Shown: positions 27,584 to 35,349 of the stretch, piece by piece
How positions within the stretch are numbered: the first letter of the stretch is position 1
Layout: each line of letters begins with the position of its first letter
Sequence record: KT321315.1
Length of the DNA: 64,000 bases
Source: Enterobacter phage phiEap-3
Reading direction: 5' to 3' (one strand)
Notes under the pieces: generated by a model
Told to the model about the DNA's origin: nothing
What the model saw: only the letters and a program-made list of their open reading frames with translations
Database searches by the model: none
Program-made: the position numbers and the translations under genes

Positions 27584-28555
27584 TTACATGTCTAACAGTT
27601 TATCCAGGTCATCATCACCGGAGCTATCAGAATCATCCAGGTCGAACGGTACGCCGTCATCTTCGCCTACCGGAACCGATGCTACACCACCAGATGATTT
27701 CACATCAGATGTCTGATTGTCAAACTTAGCCATTTCGTTATCGAAGTTGCTCAGTTCGCTATCAAGGTCAGCGGAAGCGCTGGAACCAGCAGAACCGATC
27801 GAACTACCCATAACTTTATTGAAGCGAGTAGTCAGGTCAGCCAGCGGTTTGAATTCGCTTTCGGCGGTGATCGGGCGGAGATCGCTCATACCTTCGAAAA
27901 TTGCTTTCTGAACTTCTTCATCGTCGATGTTTTTGATCTTAGCCGGAACACCAAACGAACTATCGTCATAGTTAGGCCAATCACCAACTTTTTTCGCTTT
28001 CAGGGTGAAGTTAGCACCATCAAACGGACAGGTTACAGCAATACCCGGTTCATCAAGTTCTGGATTACCGTTAATTGCGGCGGTGATCTTGTCCATGATT
28101 TTCTTACCGAAGCGGTATTTGAACACCTTACCTTCGTTTTCCGGAGCGCCTGGGTCTTTAACGATCAGGACGTTAGCCCAGAAACTTTGTTTACGACCGA
28201 TCTGGCTCAGTAGCTTATCTTCTGGCCCGTTTTTGTTGGCTTTAGCCTTCTCATACAGATCGTTTTCGGAAATGTACTTACATGCAGGACAGCCGTCATA
28301 ATCGCCGTGGGTAGAGGAACAGTTCTCAATGTACCACTGGTTGTTTTTCTTGAAAGAGTGGCTCACGATACGGACGAACGCCAGTTCATCATCGGAACGT
28401 GCTGGGAGGAATCGAATAACGGCGGAACCGTTTTTCTGTGCGTCCAGGGTCAGTTTCCATTCTTTCTCATCTTTCTGGAAGCCGGAACCACCTTTCAGAT
28501 TTGCTACCTGTGCCTGGAGTTTAGCGGGATCTTGACGTTTAAAAATGCTGCTCAT
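27584..28555 (-). CDS. 32: single-stranded DNA-binding protein
   Basis: 323 aa; strong alignment to T4 gp32 (YIE.CSSTHGDYD, KVFKYRFGKKI.DKI) with an acidic C-terminus. Confidence 0.92.
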   Translation of the reverse strand: MSSIFKRQDPAKLQAQVANLKGGSGFQKDEKEWKLTLDAQKNGSAVIRFLPARSDDELAFVRIVSHSFKKNNQWYIENCSSTHGDYDGCPACKYISENDLYEKAKANKNGPEDKLLSQIGRKQSFWANVLIVKDPGAPENEGKVFKYRFGKKIMDKITAAINGNPELDEPGIAVTCPFDGANFTLKAKKVGDWPNYDDSSFGVPAKIKNIDDEEVQKAIFEGMSDLRPITAESEFKPLADLTTRFNKVMGSSIGSAGSSASADLDSELSNFDNEMAKFDNQTSDVKSSGGVASVPVGEDDGVPFDLDDSDSSGDDDLDKLLDM

Positions 28556-28590
28556 ATTCTGTTTTCTCGTTTAGTTTAGTTTGATTAACG
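28556..28590 (-). promoter_or_regulatory. putative gp32 autoregulatory translational operator (unstructured leader with tandem ACUAAA repeats)
   Basis: minus-strand AAUCAAACUAAACUAAACGAGAAAACAGAAUAUG directly upstream of the gene 32 ATG; T4 gene 32 mRNA has an analogous UUAAA-repeat leader bound by gp32. Confidence 0.4.
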
Positions 28591-29230
28591 TTTGTTTCAT
28601 TAAGTTTCGATATTTTATGATATCTTTTTCAGTAAGGTCAAATATTTTTCTGTATGCCTTTAACTTAATGCTAAAGTCAGACCAAATAATATCATCAGCT
28701 ACTTGATCGTGTTTATTTATGATACCTAAAAATGAGTCAAAAATCAAAAACGATTCGTAAGATATCACATTTGACAGGACAAGTTTGCTTATGTAAGACG
28801 TTGATGATTTTTCGCTGTACTTAAACACCAGAGACACGGGGATCTCTTTCATTTTGGCGAATTCGTACACGTTTTTAACGTCATCCACAAACACGTTATC
28901 TAGTCTTTGTAACTTTCCTATGTACTGCCTGTAAAAGACAATACTATCTTCATCAACATCGCCTACCCAGAAATCCGGATTGGCTACGAAGTTGGAGAGG
29001 AATATAAAATAGATTTCTTTGAATGTAAAGCGTTGAGCTAATTTTACAAAGAAATATCTATCCTTTCGCTTGTTAAAGGCGTTTTCACTAACTTTGATCT
29101 GCCAGTTGTATTGAAGGACATCAAAACGCCCCTGGAAATGAGTTTTCATCGCCAGATATAACTTGTATACAGACAAAGGCACAAGCCGTGAATTCGCCTC
29201 GCTATCAGCAAACGGAGCTTTAAATCTCAC
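28571..29230 (-). CDS. 59: helicase-loading protein
   Basis: 219 aa; YKLYL..K.H..G..DV..YNW matches T4 gp59. Confidence 0.82.
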   Translation of the reverse strand: MRFKAPFADSEANSRLVPLSVYKLYLAMKTHFQGRFDVLQYNWQIKVSENAFNKRKDRYFFVKLAQRFTFKEIYFIFLSNFVANPDFWVGDVDEDSIVFYRQYIGKLQRLDNVFVDDVKNVYEFAKMKEIPVSLVFKYSEKSSTSYISKLVLSNVISYESFLIFDSFLGIINKHDQVADDIIWSDFSIKLKAYRKIFDLTEKDIIKYRNLMKQTLIKLN

Positions 29231-29472
29231 ATGAAGCCGTCCAGAGTGGTTGATGAACTATGTTCAAGCGCAACCGATGGGCGAAGCATGTTTCCTTTGA
29301 TCGCTTCGTCGCTAATCTTATCAAGGATCGCGCGAGGAACCGTTTTATTCAGCATCGCATAATCAATGGAATTTTCATCCATCCATTGCAGCGTTGCTTC
29401 CATGTAGGTTGCCCCCTCAGAGGCAACCAGATTTTCGATATACAAACCGACTTCGGTCTTATTTCCGATCAT
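29227..29472 (-). CDS. 33: late-transcription co-activator
   Basis: 81 aa; EAT..W..ENSI...LLRPSV matches the T4 gp33 core. Confidence 0.75.
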   Translation of the reverse strand: MIGNKTEVGLYIENLVASEGATYMEATLQWMDENSIDYAMLNKTVPRAILDKISDEAIKGNMLRPSVALEHSSSTTLDGFM

Positions 29473-29475
29473 GCT

Positions 29476-29739
29476 TTACGCCTTATCGATCATATCATAC
29501 AGTTCGATCAGTTCGTTGTTTTCTTCTTCGAAAGCGGTACGGGCCTGTTCATGATACAGTTTGAACAGTTTCCCGAAGGTTTTTCCGTCGATACCGAAAT
29601 CAGTTTTTGCTTTGGATTTGATATCCTTGAAAGTACCGTTGAAGATCTCAACTTGAGTTTTCACGTTGGATGCTTCTTTGATCAGTTCTTTTACCTTTTT
29701 TGCTACATCAGGGTTTGTTTGTAAAAATTCTACACTCAT
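29476..29739 (-). CDS. dsbA: dsDNA-binding protein DsbA
   Basis: 87 aa; aligns with T4 DsbA (FIKEAS, GIDGK.F..L..LYH, EL.ELYD). Confidence 0.82.
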   Translation of the reverse strand: MSVEFLQTNPDVAKKVKELIKEASNVKTQVEIFNGTFKDIKSKAKTDFGIDGKTFGKLFKLYHEQARTAFEEENNELIELYDMIDKA

Positions 29740-29748
29740 TTTGTTACC

Positions 29749-30684
29749 TCAAAAATCACTCAGTTTTTCGAACATACGGGAAAGTTTGTTATCCATGAAG
29801 TAACGTTCCATTTTGGCTTTACTTCCGGATTTTGGAGTATTATACGCTTCAATAATCGAATTTTCAATATCTTTTGGTATAAATTCGAAATCGCGTAGTT
29901 CCTCGTTTTCTTTGTAACGAGCGGCCCATTCAGGGGTCATCAACGTTGTCGGGTCGTCTGCCTCCAGCCATGCCTCTAACTCAGAGGATTTTACCGCTGG
30001 GGCGCGTTCTCCTTCAACCTTCGTCACAATATAATCATTTCTAATTTTAATGCAAGCGATACTATCTTTTTTATCGCCTTTGATATTTTTGTATCGCAGA
30101 TCGTTACGTGGCGAACCGTACTTAGGCGTTACCCATTTTTTCTGGGGAGGCGACCATTGACGAACACCGTTATATTTCTGTAGTTGTGTAAAGTCGCTAT
30201 CAGCGGAAACCACTAATACTCGTCTACCTTCACCAACAGCTTTTTTCGTAACAACAGCAATTATATCATCAGCTTCCGCGAATTCAACCTTTAATCCAAG
30301 ATAAGGCATATTCTGGCGGATTTCTTCGAACACCGGATTCAGGAAGTTGTTCAAACGATCCCAATCCCATTCTGATTCTTCGTGTTCGATCTGACGACGT
30401 TTTTTGTAGTACCAGGCTTTTTGCCTACGCCAGTAATTTCTGTCATCGAAGGCAATCACGATTTCTGGATACTCACCTTTAAATTTTACAACGTTAAACC
30501 GTAAAGTGTCAAGCACCAGATGACGAATCATTTCGATCGTGATGGATGCTTGTTCCTTTGGTTTGAAGTTGTTCATCAGTGTAGCGATGGAAATGTTAGA
30601 GATATCGATGACCATAGTATCATCGGGTTCCCCTTCATCTTGCATCAGCTTGTTCAAGTTAAACATGCTTGCAAAACTGCTCAT
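29749..30684 (-). CDS. rnh: RNase H / FEN-family 5'-3' exonuclease
   Basis: 311 aa; aligns with T4 RNase H (SADSDFTQLQKY..V.QWSP, IKGDKKD). Confidence 0.88.
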   Translation of the reverse strand: MSSFASMFNLNKLMQDEGEPDDTMVIDISNISIATLMNNFKPKEQASITIEMIRHLVLDTLRFNVVKFKGEYPEIVIAFDDRNYWRRQKAWYYKKRRQIEHEESEWDWDRLNNFLNPVFEEIRQNMPYLGLKVEFAEADDIIAVVTKKAVGEGRRVLVVSADSDFTQLQKYNGVRQWSPPQKKWVTPKYGSPRNDLRYKNIKGDKKDSIACIKIRNDYIVTKVEGERAPAVKSSELEAWLEADDPTTLMTPEWAARYKENEELRDFEFIPKDIENSIIEAYNTPKSGSKAKMERYFMDNKLSRMFEKLSDF

Positions 30685-30764
30685 ACATACCTCAATTTTT
30701 CAAAGAACGGGGTTATTGTAGTAACTTACGAAATGAAGTCAATACAAAAGACCATAAAAATTTT

Positions 30765-30906
30765 GATCAATAATACTTGATCTGATCAAATTTATGATCT
30801 ATAATTTATTAATTAATAATTATTTTACTACAATGATCATTGTAGGTCAAGTACTAAAATCAATAAATTTTATATAATTTAGATCTGATCTATAGATCAT
30901 TAGATC
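30765..30906. promoter_or_regulatory. GATC cluster (9 sites in about 140 bp) in the AT-rich divergent intergenic region, with several TATAAT-like boxes
   Basis: GATC at about 30765, 30779, 30784, 30796, 30835, 30882, 30887, 30895 and 30903; repeated TGATCT/AGATCT/GATCTA units; sits between divergent rnh (-) and 55 (+). Confidence 0.6.
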
Positions 30907-30988
30907 TACTTTAACCTTAAATAATATAGAATGAAATTTGATTTTGTCTACAGTTATTATATAATATTCTTAACTTCAAAGAGGAAAT

Positions 30989-31516
30989 ATGAATACTATG
31001 ACTAAAGAAACAACCAATATCTACGCAGACAATGAAAAATTATACCCTATCCTCTGTGCATGGAAAAAGCAAATCGCCGAAACAGGTGATCGCAAAATGC
31101 CTAATGAGTTAGGTGCTGCTATTATGGATATTGCAAACGGGCTATCACGTCGTTACAACTTCAACCGTTATTCCGAAGATTGGAAAATGGATATGATTGA
31201 TGACGGAATTTCCGCTGCAATCTCAGGACTGCATAACTTCGATGAAACTCGTTATACCAACGTTTACGGTTACATTAACAAAGCATGTTGGCAAGCATTC
31301 GTAACACGTATTCTGTACGAGAAAAAAGAGAACGCGAAGAAATATAAATTCTTCCTTGAGCACGTTTACGACTGCGAAGATTCAGATATGGTTAGTATTG
31401 CAGACGAAGGTTTCATTCAAGATCTACATGACAAACTATCTCAGTACGAGGCTTCCGCCACCAAAACCAAAGACAAGGAAGCGGAAGTATTCCCAACATT
31501 GGAAGATTTTCTATGA
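30989..31516 (+). CDS. 55: late-promoter sigma factor
   Basis: 175 aa; SGLHNFDETRYTN and neighbouring blocks match T4 gp55. Confidence 0.88.
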   Translation: MNTMTKETTNIYADNEKLYPILCAWKKQIAETGDRKMPNELGAAIMDIANGLSRRYNFNRYSEDWKMDMIDDGISAAISGLHNFDETRYTNVYGYINKACWQAFVTRILYEKKENAKKYKFFLEHVYDCEDSDMVSIADEGFIQDLHDKLSQYEASATKTKDKEAEVFPTLEDFL

Positions 31517-31728
31517 AAGCAATAATTGACTTAAACAAAATATTAACTGATATCGATTACGAAATTGACTTGCTACCCTACTTCGTAAAATTAGAGTTGC
31601 AAAACGTGGGAATCCCGGTTATCATCGATCCAACTGACGTAAGAAACCCCGATTTCGAAGTAGAAGAAGGGGTTTTGTCTTATATGATAAACGCCGAAAC
31701 TATGATCATGGAGATCACTTATGATTGA
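31513..31728 (+). CDS. hypothetical protein
   Basis: 71 aa ORF. Confidence 0.45.
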   Translation: MKAIIDLNKILTDIDYEIDLLPYFVKLELQNVGIPVIIDPTDVRNPDFEVEEGVLSYMINAETMIMEITYD

Positions 31729-32047
31729 TGAAGAGAAAGAAGTACTAACCAGTGTGGAAGAAGTGGATCCGGAAGAGGAAATTCGACAAAAGATCCAGGC
31801 ACGTGTAGAAGCCGACGCATTGAAGCGAGCACAAAAATTCATTAAGAAGAACCGGACTGAGATCAAACGCCTCCGTAGACACGCAGAGGAAGCCCTATTC
31901 AGGGGTAATAAGGTTCAGTATGTGTATGCGGTTAAGAAACTACGTGATATGCTCAAACAGCCGTATACAGAGGATTTCATTGATACGATGTGGAACACTT
32001 CACTAGCATCAATTCGAAATATCGTAGCTTCACAACAGAAGCACTAA
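31721..32047 (+). CDS. hypothetical charged/helical protein
   Basis: 108 aa ORF. Confidence 0.5.
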   Translation: MIDEEKEVLTSVEEVDPEEEIRQKIQARVEADALKRAQKFIKKNRTEIKRLRRHAEEALFRGNKVQYVYAVKKLRDMLKQPYTEDFIDTMWNTSLASIRNIVASQQKH

Positions 32048-32054
32048 CAAACAA

Positions 32055-32072
32055 GTAGCCCCGAAAGGGGCT
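32055..32072 (+). other. GC hairpin TAGCCCCGAAAGGGGCTA upstream of gene 47 (no T-run)
   Basis: read directly. Confidence 0.45.
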
Positions 32073-32083
32073 ATGAGGGTCTT

Positions 32084-33130
32084 ATGAGAAAGTACTTAAT
32101 GATCGGGGATACTCACGCTGGCTTGCGTCAGGACAACCCCTGGAATGAAGAAAACCTATACAATGTATTCGTGCAAATCGTAGAACACTGCAAAGCAAAT
32201 GGCATTACCGAGGCTTTCCATGCTGGTGATTTCTTTGATGTGCGCAAGGCCACCACACAAACCACGATGAAATTCATTCGTGAACGTATTGTGCCACTAC
32301 TGGAAGAAGCCGGATTACATATCTATGTTCTGGTTGGGAACCACGATTGCCAGTTTAAAGACAAGATCCGCCCTAACTCACCGCGAGAGATTCTTGATCA
32401 GTATGATTGCTTTACTGTTGTTGATGAACCGATGACAGTAAATCTTGATACTTCTCCGCTACAATCAATCGATTTGATCCCGTGGATTTGTCAAGAAAAC
32501 ACCCAGCAGATTTTTGATTTCATCAAAAAGTCAAAATCTCAATACTGCTTAGGACACTTTGAACTGTCCGGATACTATTTCTATAAGAACAGTAAAGCGG
32601 ATCATGGGCTTGAACCTGATTTCTTAAAGAAATATGAGATCGTGTATTCAGGCCACTATCATCACGCTAACGAAGGTGCTAACGTTTTCTATATCGGTAC
32701 ACCGCTTACCATGAGCGCGAACGATGAGGACGAAACCAGGGGCTTTTATGAGCTATCTTATGGCGACGGTAAACGTGAATTAACTTTCATTGCTAACCCA
32801 GTATGCCATCATCGCCGGATCACCTATCCGGATCAAAAAGATGTTGATGTTGCTGATTACAAAAATTGCTCTGTTCGTTTGATTGTACGCGAAGTTGATA
32901 ACGATTTGCCTAAGTTTCAAACAAAACTGGAAGAAACAGTTTATGAGTTGAACATTGTCGATCGTGTGATCACTGATTCAGAAGTTGATACTGACTTTGA
33001 AATCAAAAGCGTATCTGGATTGATTAGTGAGTACATCAACAACATGCAGATCACTCCAGAAGAAAAGACCGAAGTATCTGCAATAATGAGTGCATTGTAT
33101 GCAGAGGTTACGAGCAATGGAAATAGTTGA
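32084..33130 (+). CDS. 47: recombination nuclease subunit, Mre11-like
   Basis: 348 aa; metallophosphoesterase motifs GDTH, GNHD, GHYH. Confidence 0.88.
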   Translation: MRKYLMIGDTHAGLRQDNPWNEENLYNVFVQIVEHCKANGITEAFHAGDFFDVRKATTQTTMKFIRERIVPLLEEAGLHIYVLVGNHDCQFKDKIRPNSPREILDQYDCFTVVDEPMTVNLDTSPLQSIDLIPWICQENTQQIFDFIKKSKSQYCLGHFELSGYYFYKNSKADHGLEPDFLKKYEIVYSGHYHHANEGANVFYIGTPLTMSANDEDETRGFYELSYGDGKRELTFIANPVCHHRRITYPDQKDVDVADYKNCSVRLIVREVDNDLPKFQTKLEETVYELNIVDRVITDSEVDTDFEIKSVSGLISEYINNMQITPEEKTEVSAIMSALYAEVTSNGNS

Positions 33131-33404
33131 TTACGTTAATATTTTAAACGAAGAAGGGCGATATAAAGCCCTTTATAAAATGTTTGGATTTGATGTGATT
33201 GTTGCAGTACAGCAGGATTCCTATAATGAGTATGTGTCATTGGGATTCACTCTGATTAAAGACAACTATCACGAAACAAAGGTTTGGACATTTACTGTCC
33301 TGAATAGCATGGATGAAGATTCCGTGATATACTGCTTTGATAGCACGATTACAAACATGATTAGTGATATATCCCAAAGGATAATTGATGAAACTCAAAT
33401 TTAA
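33117..33404 (+). CDS. hypothetical protein (46.1 position)
   Basis: start moved to MEIVDY; overlaps the gp47 stop by 14 nt. Confidence 0.45.
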   Translation: MEIVDYVNILNEEGRYKALYKMFGFDVIVAVQQDSYNEYVSLGFTLIKDNYHETKVWTFTVLNSMDEDSVIYCFDSTITNMISDISQRIIDETQI

Positions 33405-35085
33405 AACATTGACTTATCAAAATATCTTGTCGGTTGGTAACGTACCGATCGTCATTGATTTTGATTCAGCAAAGAAAACCCTCATTACGGGTAAAAACGG
33501 CGGTGGTAAATCCACCATGATCGAAGCGCTTACATATGCTCTCTTTGGTAAGTCATTTCGTGATCTGAAAGTCGGGCAACTGGTGAACAGTATCAACAAG
33601 AAAAAATGTCTGGTTGAACTGTTGATCGAATACGGCAATGATGAATATAAAATCATCCGTGGACAAAAGCCGAAAGTATTTGAGATCTGGAAGAATGGCG
33701 AAAAACTGCCGGAAGATTCAGCCGCTGGTGATTATCAGTCACAGCTTGAATCAATGTTGAATATTAACCTGGTTGGGTTTAAACAGGTTATCGTTCTGGG
33801 TACTGCTGGTTATGTTCCTTTCATGGAACTGAAAACACCAGACCGCCGTAAATTGGTTGAAGATTTGCTGTCTCTGTCTATTATTAGTGAAATGGACAAG
33901 CTGAACAAATCATACATCCGTGGTGTTAACCGTGAACTGGATACGCTTTCAATGCAGATTGGACACGTACAACAGCAGATCGCAACACATCAAAAGTTCA
34001 TTGACGAACAACGGGCAAAAGCAAATCAGAATACGGCGCGTTACCAGGATATCTATGATTCTCACGTAGAAACAGCAAAACAAATCAAAGCACAATTGGT
34101 CGAACTGCAAAGCCAGATCGCAGAATGTGTGATCAATGGTGAAGACCAAACAGCAAATATTCAAAAATTGCGTGATGGTTATACGCGGCTCTCAATGAAC
34201 GTAGAACAGTTGCAACGTCTTGAGGTGATGTATCGCAAGGGTGGTGAATGTCCGGCCTGTAAACAGCCAATTAGCCCCACTCCTGAACGCATGGAAGAGA
34301 TTGCCGAGAACATTAAAAATGGTACTCAGAAACTTACGCTGATTAAGAACAAGCAAGATCAGCTACAGAAAATCATGGATGATTTACTAACACAACAACG
34401 TACACTAAATGGGCTGAAATCCAAATACGAATCACTACGCGGTACACTTCAAAATGAAGTTGCAGCGGCTAAACGTGTTCGGGCTGTCATGGATAAAGCA
34501 CAGGAAGACGTGGTGATCGACGAATCTCCAGTTGAAAAACTCCGTGAAGATGAAAAGGATCTTGATTCTAAACGTTCTGGATTTGTCAAGGAAAAATATT
34601 TCAGAGGTATTGTTACGGATCTGCTGAAAGATTCCGGCGTTAAAGCGAGCATCGTTAAACGTTATATTCCTTACTTCAATAAACAGATTGCGCACTATCT
34701 GGATCTGTTGGGTGCTGATTATCAGTTCACTCTGGATGATGAATTTAACGAATCGATTAAATCGCTGGGTCGTAATGATTTTAGTTACGCATCGTTCAGT
34801 CAAGGCGAAAGAGCACGTATCAACCTTGCTTTACTGTTCACCTGGCGCGATGTAACCAGTAAAATTTCTGGTGTTGATTTATCCCTTCTGATTCTGGATG
34901 AGGTTTTTGACGGGCCGCTTGACCGAGAAGGCTCATATGCAATCAAAACTTTACTTGACAGCATCGAAGGCAACACTATCATTATCAGTCATCAGGATCT
35001 GGATCCGCAAGACTTCGATCGACATATCACCATGCAGAAAGTTGGACGGTTCACAAAGTGTACTATCAATGATCGAGGTGCATAA
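33385..35085 (+). CDS. 46: recombination ATPase, Rad50/SbcC-like
   Basis: 566 aa; Walker A GKNGGGKST, long coiled coil with CPACKQP zinc hook, signature and D-loop at the C-terminus. Confidence 0.9.
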   Translation: MMKLKFKTLTYQNILSVGNVPIVIDFDSAKKTLITGKNGGGKSTMIEALTYALFGKSFRDLKVGQLVNSINKKKCLVELLIEYGNDEYKIIRGQKPKVFEIWKNGEKLPEDSAAGDYQSQLESMLNINLVGFKQVIVLGTAGYVPFMELKTPDRRKLVEDLLSLSIISEMDKLNKSYIRGVNRELDTLSMQIGHVQQQIATHQKFIDEQRAKANQNTARYQDIYDSHVETAKQIKAQLVELQSQIAECVINGEDQTANIQKLRDGYTRLSMNVEQLQRLEVMYRKGGECPACKQPISPTPERMEEIAENIKNGTQKLTLIKNKQDQLQKIMDDLLTQQRTLNGLKSKYESLRGTLQNEVAAAKRVRAVMDKAQEDVVIDESPVEKLREDEKDLDSKRSGFVKEKYFRGIVTDLLKDSGVKASIVKRYIPYFNKQIAHYLDLLGADYQFTLDDEFNESIKSLGRNDFSYASFSQGERARINLALLFTWRDVTSKISGVDLSLLILDEVFDGPLDREGSYAIKTLLDSIEGNTIIISHQDLDPQDFDRHITMQKVGRFTKCTINDRGA

Positions 35086-35276
35086 TGTTAGAAAGAGAAT
35101 TTGAATTAGAAACCGCTCCAGAAATAGAGAGGTTTTATCTCCACAACAATTTTCTTGAAGAAAAACATATAGTTACTATGAGAGATGTTGAGGAAGCATT
35201 CAAAAATAATCCTATAGAGTTGACGCGAATCAAGAACAACAAAAGTTCTGTTTGGTTCCTCGAAAAAATCTATTGA
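35085..35276 (+). CDS. small hypothetical protein
   Basis: 63 aa; ATG overlaps the gp46 stop; followed by a terminator. Confidence 0.4.
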   Translation: MLEREFELETAPEIERFYLHNNFLEEKHIVTMRDVEEAFKNNPIELTRIKNNKSSVWFLEKIY

Positions 35277-35302
35277 CCGAAATCCATAAATACAGTAAAG
35301 TA

Positions 35303-35336
35303 GCCCATGTAACGAAACGTGGGCTTTGTTTTTATT
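35303..35336 (+). terminator. rho-independent terminator
   Basis: AGCCCATGTAACGAAACGTGGGCT followed by TTGTTTTTATTTGAGG; a similar T-run/Shine-Dalgarno block recurs at 37098. Confidence 0.6.
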
Positions 35337-35349
35337 TGAGGAACAATAA

